Shown piece after piece: positions 48,880 to 58,787 of a DNA stretch of 64,000 nucleotides. The notes beneath the pieces were generated by a model that was not told where the DNA came from, ran no database searches, and was given only the letters and a program-made list of their open reading frames with translations. The translations under genes and the position numbers were made by a program. The stretch comes from an uncultured Bacteroidaceae bacterium (GTDB taxonomy: Bacteria > Bacteroidota > Bacteroidia > Bacteroidales > GCA-2748055), in assembly GCA_964526475.1 (NCBI GenBank), contig CAZGKF010000009.1, forward strand, positions 10,248 through 74,247, read 5' to 3'. Each line of letters starts with the position of its first letter. Within the stretch, counting starts at the first letter, position 1.

Positions 48880-48903
48880 GCCCTCCCGCTAATGCGGGAA
48901 GGC
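48880..48903. terminator. Same hairpin (copy 2), located 12 nt downstream of the tRNA-Pro 3' end on the minus strand
   Basis: Identical sequence to 48639-48662. Its position fits a tRNA terminator (minus strand) and a terminator for the plus-strand GATase transcript. Confidence 0.6.
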
Positions 48904-48914
48904 TTTTTCTTTTG

Positions 48915-48989
48915 TCGGGGTGGCAGGATTCGAACCTGCGACCCCCTGCTCCCAAAGCAGGTGCGCTAACCGGACTGCGCTACACCCCG
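48915..48989 (-). tRNA. tRNA-Pro (anticodon UGG)
   Basis: The reverse complement folds as CGGGGTG-TA-GCGC-AGTCCGGTTA-GCGC-A-CCTGC-TTTGGGA-GCAGG-GGGTC-GCAGG-TTCGAAT-CCTGC-CACCCCG-A, 75 nt. All four stems are Watson-Crick. CCA is not encoded. Confidence 0.95.
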
Positions 48990-49007
48990 AAAATATGACT
49001 ATTAAAA

Positions 49008-49085
49008 GAACCTGCGACTCTCCCGACGCCCTAGTCGGGATGCACTATCGAAACCCGACTCATCGTCGGGACTACACCCCGAAAA
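49008..49085 (-). pseudogene. tRNA-Pro-derived fragment (T-arm half and 5' acceptor/D-arm start) interrupted by two CCCGAC..GTCGGG hairpins
   Basis: GAACCTGCGAC (49008-49018) and ACTACACCCCGAAAA (49071-85) match the genuine tRNA (48932-42, 48979-93). Between them lie CCCGAC-gcccta-GTCGGG (49022-39) and CCCGAC-tcatc-GTCGGG (49054-70). A further GGACTACACCCCTGAAAA copy is at 49151-49168. Confidence 0.5.
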
Positions 49086-49477
49086 ATTTTTATCAATACA
49101 TTTAATATGCTGTGATCAGCAAACTCAGCATGTTTGTCAGGCTGTAAATTGGACTACACCCCTGAAAAACAAGTTTGCAAATATAGGAAAGACTATTGTA
49201 ATATCCCAATGATAATTTTTTTTCCGCAGATTTTGCAGGAAAGTTGGCAGCAGGTTTTATCGTAATGTATAAATATTCCCCGCCGTTGGGAGATCGCGTT
49301 GAAAAAATGTAAGGAATGATTGTGCGAACCTGAAGCTTTTTGGCCGGAGTACGGAGGGAAGATTTGTTAGATTCGCTAACTCCCCCCTCCTTTTTTCAAG
49401 GTAGGGGGGGAGTCCATTTCAACCAACAAAGCTTATATCAGGCGGACATCCAAGGATTTGAACCTTAAGAAAATGTC

Positions 49478-50350
49478 CTATTTCACATAATCAGCATTCG
49501 TCAGAAATTCAAAGCTTTTCCGAACACTTTCAATGGGTTCGAAGTTATACTTCTCCACTTCAACAATATAATATTTCATGCCTGATAATTCTGCATTTTC
49601 AAAGATAGGCCTGAAGTCTATCTTTCCGCTGGCCCCGACTTCCATTTCATCTTTAATATGCCATAATTCAAAACGTCCGGGATATTTTTCAAAATATTCA
49701 ACAGGATCCTGACCACCCTTAATAATCCAATAGATATCGAGCTGAAACATTACCTTTTCCGGATCGGTATTTTCAACGAGAATATCATATATTACCTGCC
49801 CTTCTACCTCGGCAAATTCTTTGGCATGGTTATGAAAACCAAAACGAATGCCTGCTGCATTACATTTTTCACCAACAGCATTAAAATATTCAGCTGTCTT
49901 TTTTACAGATACTATACTATCAAAGCTGTTTTTACCAAGGGAAGGCTGAACAATATATTGCACACCGGCAGCTTTATGGGCGGCAATACAGGTGTCCCAC
50001 CATGCCATTGTGGTATCCCATTCAGCCTCATCCTGAGGCAGGGGTCGGCCGGTATGGGAGGCAAGGAATTTCATACCATGACTTTCTACAAGATCCTTGA
50101 AATCAACCGGATCCATCCCATAGAAATTGCCATCACTGTATCCGGCAGCTTCTACAAAATCGTAACCTATCTCTCCAACTCTGGCAACAGTACTTTCCAC
50201 ATCTTCCTTCATGTCGGCCCGAAGGGAATATAACTGAAGTCCGATATATTTTTCTGCTTTTTCCGGTTTGCAGGAGCTTATCCCACCAGAAAGGAGAATA
50301 GAGAAGATAACTAAAGGTACTAATTTGGAATAAGAAAATAAAAATTTCAT
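49478..50350 (-). CDS. Sugar phosphate isomerase/epimerase (xylose isomerase-like TIM barrel), lipoprotein/secreted
   Basis: 290 aa; signal peptide with ..GGISSC; ..IGLQLYSLR.., ..FGFHNHAKEF.., ..LWHIKD.. are typical of the AP_endonuc_2 family. Confidence 0.85.
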   Translation of the reverse strand: MKFLFSYSKLVPLVIFSILLSGGISSCKPEKAEKYIGLQLYSLRADMKEDVESTVARVGEIGYDFVEAAGYSDGNFYGMDPVDFKDLVESHGMKFLASHTGRPLPQDEAEWDTTMAWWDTCIAAHKAAGVQYIVQPSLGKNSFDSIVSVKKTAEYFNAVGEKCNAAGIRFGFHNHAKEFAEVEGQVIYDILVENTDPEKVMFQLDIYWIIKGGQDPVEYFEKYPGRFELWHIKDEMEVGASGKIDFRPIFENAELSGMKYYIVEVEKYNFEPIESVRKSFEFLTNADYVK

Positions 50351-50480
50351 AGATAATTGAAATTAAGTTAAATAATAAAAATTTTATGTGTTAAGAAAAA
50401 CACTGAATATTTATCTTTATTCGGGAAGAAATAAAACATTCATCTCTTTCCCTCATGAACATTTTGTTTCAATCATGGAT

Positions 50481-51467
50481 TTATTTCCCTTCGGGTTTTG
50501 GTCTTCCTCCGGGTTTCGCCAGACTGTCCCGCATCTGGGTATCAGCTTCAATGTTTTTCATCCGGTAATAATCCATAATTCCAAGATTACCACTGCGGAA
50601 TGCTTCAGCCATTGCCATTGGTATCTGAACTTCAGCTTCAATTACCTTGGCTCTTGCTTCCTGTGCCTTTGCTTTCATCTCCTGTTCGAGAGCAACAGCC
50701 ATGGCACGTCTTTCTTCTGCTTTTGCCTGTGCAATATTTTTGTCGGCATTGGCCTGATCCATTTGAAGAACAGCTCCAATATTTTTCCCTATGTCGATGT
50801 CAGCGATATCTATGGATAAAATTTCAAAAGCAGTACCGGCATCTAGTCCTTTCTCAAGAACTACGCGGGAGATGAAATCCGGGTTCTCAAGAACCTTTTT
50901 ATGACTGTCGGCAGAACCAATTGAAGAAACTATACCTTCTCCTACCCTGGCAAGAACAGTATCCTCACCGGCACCACCAACTAATTGCTTGATGTTGGCC
51001 CTTACGGTAACTCTTGCTTTGGCTATAAGCTGTATCCCGTCTTTTGCAACAGCAGTAACAGGAGGAGTATTAATGACTTTTGGATTAACTGACATCTGCA
51101 CAGCTTCAAAAACATCCCTTCCGGCGAGATCAATAGCTGTAGCCATTTTAAAAGTAAGATCAATATTTGCCTTATTGGCAGAAACAAGGGCATGAACAAC
51201 TCTTTCAATATGCCCTCCGGCAAGAAAATGTGCTTCAAGATCATTCCGGAGAAGTTCTATACCGGCTTTTGTTCCTTCAATCATGGCTCTTACAATAATC
51301 CCGGGAGGGACTTTTCTCCATCTCATAAAAATAAGCTGAAGGAGGCTTATTCTTACCCCTGAAACCAGAGCCTGGAACCAGAGTCCGATTGGAATGAAGT
51401 AGAAAAGAATCCAGAGACCAATAATGGCAACAATGCCAATGATAATCCATGATAAATTAGGGTCCAT
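50481..51467 (-). CDS. floA: Flotillin-like protein FloA (UPF0365 / YqfA family)
   Basis: 328 aa; ..[44 protein letters not shown].. is the FloA N-terminus as I know it. Confidence 0.9.
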   Translation of the reverse strand: MDPNLSWIIIGIVAIIGLWILFYFIPIGLWFQALVSGVRISLLQLIFMRWRKVPPGIIVRAMIEGTKAGIELLRNDLEAHFLAGGHIERVVHALVSANKANIDLTFKMATAIDLAGRDVFEAVQMSVNPKVINTPPVTAVAKDGIQLIAKARVTVRANIKQLVGGAGEDTVLARVGEGIVSSIGSADSHKKVLENPDFISRVVLEKGLDAGTAFEILSIDIADIDIGKNIGAVLQMDQANADKNIAQAKAEERRAMAVALEQEMKAKAQEARAKVIEAEVQIPMAMAEAFRSGNLGIMDYYRMKNIEADTQMRDSLAKPGGRPKPEGK

Positions 51468-51473
51468 AATACT

Positions 51474-51938
51474 TTATTTTAAAGGTTTAACAATTAATTG
51501 TGAACCGGAAATTTTAACAACCTCAATTTCTGTATGAGGGTCAACAAAACCGGCTATAGATTTGGCTTCCATTGTAATATTGTTAACTTTCACTTTTCCA
51601 ACCGGGGCCAGGCGGGTAACCGATTTCCCTTTATCTCCCGGATTTATGGAGCCTTCAGCAGGCCCTTCGTTTACTATACTGTCAATATTAGTGTTCAACA
51701 TCACTCTTTTCCAGGTCCGTGACCTGAGAGAGACAGCAAGAATCAGGACAGAGGCTACCAGCGAAGCCCCAAGGGTGATCAATCCCATTTCAGTACCATG
51801 TTCTGTAAATGCCAGATAAACTCCCGCAGTTATTAAGATCAAACCCCCTATCCCGGCTACTGTTATACCGGGTATCAATAAAAATTCTATCAGAAATAAT
51901 AAAATTCCCAGAAGAATTAAAAGAAATACACCAATCAT
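51474..51938 (-). CDS. NfeD-family membrane protein (partner of FloA)
   Basis: 154 aa; 3-4 TM helices plus a C-terminal OB-like domain (..GKSVTRLAPVGKVKVNNITMEAKS..). 6-nt gap to floA. Confidence 0.85.
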   Translation of the reverse strand: MIGVFLLILLGILLFLIEFLLIPGITVAGIGGLILITAGVYLAFTEHGTEMGLITLGASLVASVLILAVSLRSRTWKRVMLNTNIDSIVNEGPAEGSINPGDKGKSVTRLAPVGKVKVNNITMEAKSIAGFVDPHTEIEVVKISGSQLIVKPLK

Positions 51939-51947
51939 AATTGTCCT

Positions 51948-52229
51948 TTATTCAATCATAGATACTAACCCTCTGGAGACAAGACCTGATTGCATATCTT
52001 TCAGTTCTTCGTAATCCCCTCTCTTTACCTCACATCTTCCCTTATAATGAGCAAGCATGGCGCATTGTTCAGCCTGAATCCCTGAATGATTGCAAATTTC
52101 AACAAGGCTTTTAATAACGAAATCAAAAGAATTGATTTCATCATTAAACAATATGAGGAGATGCATCCCCTTAATGCCATTAGTTCGGCTATCCCTGATA
52201 AAAGGTTTATCCTGAGATTTTCCGGTCAT
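51948..52229 (-). CDS. clpS: ATP-dependent Clp protease adaptor ClpS
   Basis: ..MHLLILFNDEINSFDFVIKSLVEICNHSGIQAEQCAMLAHYKGRCEVKRGDYEEL... The likely start is MTGKSQD (52229); the ORF-track start 52283 adds 18 codons. Confidence 0.88.
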   Translation of the reverse strand: MTGKSQDKPFIRDSRTNGIKGMHLLILFNDEINSFDFVIKSLVEICNHSGIQAEQCAMLAHYKGRCEVKRGDYEELKDMQSGLVSRGLVSMIE

Positions 52230-52321
52230 AAATAATTGAGTTAATGTTGTCTCAAATGTAGGAAAATAAATCAGAAATGTCAATTTATTATTGGTAAGAG
52301 ATTATTCCGGAGGAAAAAAAT

Positions 52322-54340
52322 TTAATAATCCCTTTTTTCAAGCTCAACAACTTTTGCAGGAGGCATTTTCTGCCCATTATACCATGCTACAATAAAAGCA
52401 TCTTTGAATCCCTGTTTCTTTATGCTTTCCAATGCTTTAAGGGCATCATCATATGTTGAAAATTTTCCTGCATAAAATCGCCTGAGATTCCTGTCATGTA
52501 TTGTTTCTCCGGTAATGGGAGATATGCCTCCGAAAGCATCATAACTGACTTTCTGACTAAAAACGCCAAGCTGGATTTTATATAAAGCTCCTTCAGGGAG
52601 AGGAAGATCTAAAGGGAAGGGATTATTTACAGAATAAGGTGACTTTTCTGAAATTACGAAACGATTGAAAGGCTGGTGTTTATCTTCCTGTTTTTTAGCT
52701 TCATGAACAGGTTTTACCGGTATTATTTCCTTTTCATTAATAAGGGATTGCTCACTTATCTCAGACTTTTCTAATTCCTTTTTGTTTGTTTCCTCAGTGA
52801 AATGATACACTGTTATGTCATTTATAAGCTTTTCAGCTTTTATCGTGGCAGGTATTTGCTTTTCCTTTTGAATATCTCCCTCCATTTCTTTCATACTTAC
52901 GTAGTATTCATCAGCCCTGGATTGATATTCACGTGAATTTCTCTCCCATTCAAGAATTTCTTTCTGTAATGCCCACCTTTCATTCGGGTCACTCTGATCT
53001 TTTGTTTTTATTCTTGCTTCCCTCGCCAGTTTAGAAAGCGAGTCAGCTTTAAACTGAAAAACCAGAGCTTTCTTCAGATTGTCACTGTAGGAATCAGGTA
53101 AAGAGGAAGATAAATCCTTTTGTTGTTTTTGGTCTGCACTTTTTTCAGCGCTTTCATTTATCCCATTCTCTTCTGGAATAAATGAAACTTCCCTAATATC
53201 AACAATTCTTGGAATGGATTCTATACCACCAAAATTTCCGATCCGTTTAAGTTCATTCAGATCTGCATTTGCAAGGCTTTTTCTTGGTTCCTGGATGTTT
53301 AATCTGTAAACTGTCAGCATATCATTTATCCCCTGACGGTCGGTTACCAATAACACTGAACCAAGATCCGACCGGGGAATAAAAAGAAAATCATCATAAG
53401 GTGAATTAATCGGAAACCCAAGATTCACAGGCTCAGACCATGAACTACGAATTTCATCGTAGTGCGATTTGAATATATCAAAGCCCCCCATATTTTTGTG
53501 TCCTTTGGATGCAAAATAAAGGTCCTTACCAATCGGGTCGAAATAGGGAAGCACTTCATCATAAGGTGTATTCAGAGAAGATAGAGGTTCAATGTCACCC
53601 CACTTCTTACCGTTAATAAATTTAGCGCGAAAAAGATCTGAACCCGTTTTTCCCCCTTTTGACTGGGCTGCAAAATACACATAATCAGTTTTATCAATAA
53701 CTCTTGGCAGAAACATGAAATTTGTAAGCTCCCCGTCCTGCTCTCCGGAGTTTACCAGTTCAGAAGGTTTTTGAATTAATCGCCCTCCTGTTGAATTTAC
53801 CTGTCGGATATAAATGGAATCATTAAATGAAAAAAGAGAAGAGGCAATAATTTCAACAGGATTGTAATCAAGGGTAAACCCAATCGCATTTTCAACAATC
53901 TGTAATTGTCTGTCAACGTCCAGGGCTTTTATTTCCTGTCTTGTAGCAAGCCTGGAAAATCTCTCGAAGCTTATCCTGGAGTCAGTAAAACGATACGACT
54001 TCAGGTAAACAAGTCCAAGAAAATAAGATGCATCAGAAGGCACATTAGGCCTGGTAGAAGCAAATTCCAGTGATTCTGCTGCTCCGGAGAGATCTCTGTT
54101 AAGATGAAACAGGCAGATTCCCCTGTAATAATGAAAAAGCCCGTCTTTAGGGTATTTTGACAATAAAATATCATATTTTTCGAGGGCTGCAGCGTAATCA
54201 GAGTTATTAAAGTCATTAAGAGCATTAGATTTTATTACAGCAGTTGGTAATTCTCCGGATTGCGAATAAAGTGCTGAAAAAGAAATATGAAAAAAAATAA
54301 AAAGTATTTTTAGAAATCTGTATAGTTCCATTTTGTGCAT
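52322..54340 (-). CDS. Periplasmic TPR + TolB-like beta-propeller + coiled-coil + C-terminal SPOR-domain protein
   Basis: 672 aa; signal peptide, TPR helices at the N-terminus, PD40-like segments (..YFAS.., ..DLYFASKG..). The C-terminal YKIQLGVFSQKVSYDAFGG..FYAGKFSTYDDALKALESIKKQGFKDAFIVAW is a SPOR signature. Confidence 0.6.
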   Translation of the reverse strand: MHKMELYRFLKILFIFFHISFSALYSQSGELPTAVIKSNALNDFNNSDYAAALEKYDILLSKYPKDGLFHYYRGICLFHLNRDLSGAAESLEFASTRPNVPSDASYFLGLVYLKSYRFTDSRISFERFSRLATRQEIKALDVDRQLQIVENAIGFTLDYNPVEIIASSLFSFNDSIYIRQVNSTGGRLIQKPSELVNSGEQDGELTNFMFLPRVIDKTDYVYFAAQSKGGKTGSDLFRAKFINGKKWGDIEPLSSLNTPYDEVLPYFDPIGKDLYFASKGHKNMGGFDIFKSHYDEIRSSWSEPVNLGFPINSPYDDFLFIPRSDLGSVLLVTDRQGINDMLTVYRLNIQEPRKSLANADLNELKRIGNFGGIESIPRIVDIREVSFIPEENGINESAEKSADQKQQKDLSSSLPDSYSDNLKKALVFQFKADSLSKLAREARIKTKDQSDPNERWALQKEILEWERNSREYQSRADEYYVSMKEMEGDIQKEKQIPATIKAEKLINDITVYHFTEETNKKELEKSEISEQSLINEKEIIPVKPVHEAKKQEDKHQPFNRFVISEKSPYSVNNPFPLDLPLPEGALYKIQLGVFSQKVSYDAFGGISPITGETIHDRNLRRFYAGKFSTYDDALKALESIKKQGFKDAFIVAWYNGQKMPPAKVVELEKRDY

Positions 54341-54685
54341 AATAAAATTATCAATTAATTATTTATATCCTTCAGTTAATTAATACCGGATAAAAATATG
54401 AAATAAATGATAATTTATGAAAGTCGCTATTGTTAATAAACACATAACTTACTAACTGTTTTTAATATTATTTCATTATTTATATCTTCTACGCAAGGGC
54501 GAATGCCGGCAGCTTCTGCTTTGAGAAAATTATTTCCATGAGACAGTTTTTCTCAAAAGAGATAAAAACCATTATTTCATTCAGTATATTTTTAATAATG
54601 AAAAGTTATTTATACTTTTAATTGACTAAGTTTTTATCCGTTCAATTAACATGGCCATCAGGCGTTTTTTAAATCTATATCTATC

Positions 54686-54856
54686 ATGAAAAAAACCGTT
54701 TACATTTTGGGTGTTGTCTTTGGAATGTCTTTACTCATTGGCGTGGCCTTTAAAACCCAGCATTGGCCGGGAGCAGGTGCTATTTTATTGATCTCCATTC
54801 TGGCAGGATTAATCTTCATCCCCTTGCTTGCAGTTTACCGTTATAATAAGGACTAA
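54686..54856 (+). CDS. 56-aa two-TM protein with a K.QHWPGAG motif (GldL-N-terminus-like hairpin); below the ORF-track size cutoff
   Basis: My translation: MKKTVYILGVVFGMSLLIGVAFKTQHWPGAGAILLISILAGLIFIPLLAVYRYNKD*. Confidence 0.35.
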   Translation: MKKTVYILGVVFGMSLLIGVAFKTQHWPGAGAILLISILAGLIFIPLLAVYRYNKD

Positions 54857-54999
54857 GAAAATATTCCCTGGTTTTTTGGAAAGGAAATGGATTATTTTTT
54901 TCGTTTCTTTAGGATTCGAAGTCTGTTAATAAACTTTAGGGATTAAAAACTGTTTAATTCATGTTGAATTAGTATTTTTACATTTAATCCCTCAAAATT

Positions 55000-55452
55000 A
55001 TGACAACATTAAAAGTTGGAGATAAAGCCCCTGATTTCAAGGGAATAGATCAGAATGGTAGTGATATCTCGCTCGATCTTTTCAAAGGTAAAAAGATTGT
55101 CCTGTATTTTTATCCTAAAGACAATACCCCTGGCTGTACAGCTGAAGCTTGTAACCTGCGCGACAATTACCAGGATTTCTTAAACAAGGGTTATGTGGTA
55201 ATAGGCGTAAGTGCTGATGATGAAAAGTCACATCAGAAGTTCGCTTCAAAATATAATCTACCCTTTCCGCTTATTGCTGACAAGGAGAAAAAAATCATCA
55301 GAGATTACGGAGCCTGGGGAGAGAAAAAATTGTATTTAAAGTTGTATGAAGGTGTTATCAGGATGACATTTATTATTTCTGAAGAAGGAAGAATTGAAAA
55401 AATAATTGAAAAAGTAAAAACCAGCGATCATACGAAGCAGATTTTTGATTGA
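55000..55452 (+). CDS. bcp: Thioredoxin-dependent thiol peroxidase (peroxiredoxin Bcp)
   Basis: 150 aa; ..VLYFYPKDNTPGCTAEACNLRD.. with peroxidatic and resolving Cys. Confidence 0.92.
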   Translation: MTTLKVGDKAPDFKGIDQNGSDISLDLFKGKKIVLYFYPKDNTPGCTAEACNLRDNYQDFLNKGYVVIGVSADDEKSHQKFASKYNLPFPLIADKEKKIIRDYGAWGEKKLYLKLYEGVIRMTFIISEEGRIEKIIEKVKTSDHTKQIFD

Positions 55453-55479
55453 AAATAACATTAAGAAAAAAAGGATAAT

Positions 55480-56508
55480 ATGAGCAAGGAAAGTAACGAA
55501 AAGGGTAATGCAAATACCGAGAAATTAAAAGTCTTGCAGCTAACGCTGGATAAAATTGAAAAGGGTTATGGCAAGGGCGCAATCATGAAAATGGGCGATA
55601 ATGCCATTGTGGATGTGCCCGTTATCCCATCAGGCTCAGTCGGGGTGGATATTGCCCTTGGAGTTGGAGGATACCCGAAAGGCAGAGTAATTGAAATATA
55701 TGGTCCTGAATCTTCCGGTAAAACCACCCTGGCAATTCATGCTATAGCCGAGGCCCAGAAAGCCGGAGGAATAGCAGCATTTATTGATGCGGAACATGCT
55801 TTCGACCGTTTTTATGCTTCAAAATTAGGCGTTGATATTGAAAATCTTCTTATCTCTCAGCCCGATAATGGTGAGCAGGCGCTTGAAATCACCGATCACC
55901 TTATTCGTTCAGGGGCAATTGATATTATTGTAATTGACTCTGTGGCTGCGCTTACACCGAAAGCGGAAATTGAAGGCGAGATGGGTGATTCAAAAATGGG
56001 ACTACAGGCCAGGTTAATGTCGCAGGCACTGCGTAAACTAACGGCCAACATTAACAGGACCAACACTTGTTGCGTATTTATCAACCAGCTAAGAGAAAAA
56101 ATAGGGGTGATGTTTGGAAATCCTGAGACAACTACCGGAGGTAATGCCTTGAAATTTTATGCTTCAGTCAGGATTGATATCAGGAAAATCGGACAGATCA
56201 AAGAAGGAGAGGAAGTATTCGGGAACAGGACGCGTGTGAAAATTGTAAAAAACAAACTTGCTCCTCCTTTCAAAAAAGCCGAATTCGATATAATGTATGG
56301 CACAGGTATTTCGCGAACCGGCGAAATCATTGATATGGGAGTGGAATTTAACCTTATCAAAAAAAGCGGTTCATGGTTTAGTTATGGTGACACCAAACTA
56401 GGACAGGGAAGGGACAGCGTAAAGCAACTGCTTTTGGATAATCCTGAACTTTTCGAGGAACTTGAAAATAAACTAAAGGAAATTTTAAAAGGGAAAAAAC
56501 CCGTGTGA
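55480..56508 (+). CDS. recA: Recombinase RecA
   Basis: 342 aa; ..[64 protein letters not shown]... Confidence 0.97.
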   Translation: MSKESNEKGNANTEKLKVLQLTLDKIEKGYGKGAIMKMGDNAIVDVPVIPSGSVGVDIALGVGGYPKGRVIEIYGPESSGKTTLAIHAIAEAQKAGGIAAFIDAEHAFDRFYASKLGVDIENLLISQPDNGEQALEITDHLIRSGAIDIIVIDSVAALTPKAEIEGEMGDSKMGLQARLMSQALRKLTANINRTNTCCVFINQLREKIGVMFGNPETTTGGNALKFYASVRIDIRKIGQIKEGEEVFGNRTRVKIVKNKLAPPFKKAEFDIMYGTGISRTGEIIDMGVEFNLIKKSGSWFSYGDTKLGQGRDSVKQLLLDNPELFEELENKLKEILKGKKPV

Positions 56509-56696
56509 TATCCTTTGCTTCAAAATAGTTTTTCTCCTTGTACCATACCGCTATATTTCTATTCCTGAGTGTTGTAATTAGTGAAATAGTTTTCCCGGAG
56601 CAACTTAATTCAATTGTTCAGGAAAAAGTTGTTTTATGTTTGCTAAACTCTTTTGAAATTAATACATTAGCTCTTTGCTGATTAATAATTTCTATT

Positions 56697-58787
56697 ATGA
56701 AAAACATACTGTATGCTTTCGTCTTATTCTCCAGTCTTTTTTATTTTTCCTGCGGGAAGAAACAATCTGCCGATTCTGATGCTGCTGATTTTACGGGACA
56801 ACTCTCGGAACAGGAGATAGCCGGAGGCATCCTTACCCCTGAAATTCTATGGAAATTCGGACGGTTGGGTGAGTTTGAACTTTCACCCGATGGTAATACT
56901 GTTGTTTATACAGTTACACGATATGACACGAAAACAAATAAAAGTATTACTGACATTTACAGTGTTCCTTCAAATGGCGGAGAACCAGCTATATTGACTG
57001 ATTCCGATGGATCTTACTATAACATACAATGGACTCCGGATGGAGAAAGGATAGCATATCTGGGTTTGCGCGGGGAAAATTTGCAGATCTTTGAAATGAA
57101 CCCTGATGGAACCGGTAAAGCAAAAATCTCAAATTTTGAAGAAGGGATAGAAGGGTTTAGCATTTCACCTGATGGAAGCAAATTGTTATATATTAAAAGT
57201 GTTAAAACAGAGAAAACTCCACAGGAGACCCATCCCGATCTCCCCCTGGTTAATGTAAGAATAGCTGAAGATCTCATGTATCGTCACTGGAACAGATGGA
57301 ACGATGGCAGCTATTCACATATCTTTGTTACGGATTATTCTCCGGATAATATTAAAACAGGAACTGATATAATGGAGAATGAACCCTGGGATGCTCCTAT
57401 GTCCCCATATTTCGACCAGTCAGAGATCAACTGGAGTCCTGATGGGAAATATATTGTCTATACCTGCAAGAAAATGAAAGGGAAAGACTATGCCCTAAGT
57501 ACAAACTCAGAAATCTATTTATTTGACACAAAAACCAGTACAACAGAAAACATTACAAGGGGAATGCCCGGTTATGATCGCTATCCTGTATTCTCAGGGG
57601 ATGGGAAATATATTGCCTGGCAAAGCATGAAAACACCTGGTTATGAGGCAGATAAAGATAGGCTGTATGTGATGGAATTAGCAACTGGGAATAAAGAATA
57701 TATAACAGAAAAACTTGATCAGAATGCATCCCATCTTGAGTGGGCTGAAGACAATAATTCAATTTATTTTATTTCAGGAATTAATGCTACTTACCAGATT
57801 TACAATGCAGAACTGAAAACAAAGAATATTAAACAGCTTACATCCGGTACTCATAATTATATTTCTTTTGTAAAAGGAGACGATTTTTTTATTGGAAATA
57901 AAATGTCCATGTCAATGGCTCAGGAATTATTCCACATTGATACCGGTACCGGTGAAGAAAAACAGATCACTTTTATCAACAGGAATATTTATGATAATAT
58001 AAGGTTTGGAGAAGTGGAAGAAAGATGGGTAACGACAAGTGATAAAAAGCAAATGCTCGTTTGGGTTATTTATCCCCCTCATTTCAATCCTCAAAAACAA
58101 TATCCTGCTCTGCTTTATTGCCAGGGAGGCCCGCAAAGTGCAGTAAGTCAATTTTTTAGTTATAGGTGGAATTTTCAGATGATGGCTGCAAATGATTATA
58201 TTATTGTTGCTCCCAACAGAAGAGGACTGCCTACTTTTGGGAGTGAATGGAACAAACAGATCTCCGGTGATTATGGAGGCCAGAACATAAAGGATTACCT
58301 GAGTGCTATAGATGCTCTTAAGACTGAACCTTATATCGATGAAAACCGGCTGGGTGCCGTGGGTGCCAGTTATGGAGGGTTTTCGGTATTCTATCTCGCA
58401 GGTCATCATCAGGGAAGATTTAAAGCTTTCATTTCACATTGTGGAATTTATAATTTTGAAAGTATGTATGGATCAACAGAGGAAATGTTCTTTGTGAATC
58501 ATGATCTGGGTGGAGCATATTGGGAGAAGCCAAAACCAAAAAGCTATGAATTCTCCCCACATCTTTATGTTAATAAATGGGATACTCCGATCCTTATAAT
58601 AAGTGGTGAGAATGACTTCAGAATACCTTATACAGAAAGTTTACAGGCTTTCAATGCTGCACAGCTCAGAGGAATTCCAGGTAAGCTGCTTCTTTTTCCT
58701 GAAGAAACACATTTTGTTCAGAAACCTCAGAACAGTATTCTCTGGCAGAGGGAATTTTTTAGCTGGCTCGACAAATGGCTGAAATAA
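56697..58787 (+). CDS. S9-family serine peptidase (beta-propeller + alpha/beta hydrolase; prolyl oligopeptidase / DPP-type)
   Basis: 696 aa; lipoprotein-like signal (..LFYFSC), WD40-like PD40 repeats, nucleophile motif GASYGGF, and the ..GENDFRIP.. / ..ETHF.. triad context. Confidence 0.9.
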   Translation: MKNILYAFVLFSSLFYFSCGKKQSADSDAADFTGQLSEQEIAGGILTPEILWKFGRLGEFELSPDGNTVVYTVTRYDTKTNKSITDIYSVPSNGGEPAILTDSDGSYYNIQWTPDGERIAYLGLRGENLQIFEMNPDGTGKAKISNFEEGIEGFSISPDGSKLLYIKSVKTEKTPQETHPDLPLVNVRIAEDLMYRHWNRWNDGSYSHIFVTDYSPDNIKTGTDIMENEPWDAPMSPYFDQSEINWSPDGKYIVYTCKKMKGKDYALSTNSEIYLFDTKTSTTENITRGMPGYDRYPVFSGDGKYIAWQSMKTPGYEADKDRLYVMELATGNKEYITEKLDQNASHLEWAEDNNSIYFISGINATYQIYNAELKTKNIKQLTSGTHNYISFVKGDDFFIGNKMSMSMAQELFHIDTGTGEEKQITFINRNIYDNIRFGEVEERWVTTSDKKQMLVWVIYPPHFNPQKQYPALLYCQGGPQSAVSQFFSYRWNFQMMAANDYIIVAPNRRGLPTFGSEWNKQISGDYGGQNIKDYLSAIDALKTEPYIDENRLGAVGASYGGFSVFYLAGHHQGRFKAFISHCGIYNFESMYGSTEEMFFVNHDLGGAYWEKPKPKSYEFSPHLYVNKWDTPILIISGENDFRIPYTESLQAFNAAQLRGIPGKLLLFPEETHFVQKPQNSILWQREFFSWLDKWLK

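Larger units (their letters stand above)
48480..48926. repeat. Tandem duplication, 241-nt period; 206 nt identical in both copies (48480-48685 = 48721-48926), including the last 12 nt of tRNA-Pro and a terminator hairpin
   Basis: Aligned by eye base by base. The 35-nt joints (48445-48479 and 48686-48720) are only partly similar, which suggests the edge of a third, older copy. Confidence 0.95.

Noticed and set aside
48445-49170. An integrated prophage/ICE at tRNA-Pro
   Set aside because: No integrase, excisionase or phage/conjugation genes occur on either side. The duplicated tRNA 3' end is part of a cargo-less 241-bp tandem repeat. Only a footprint interpretation can be offered, not an element.
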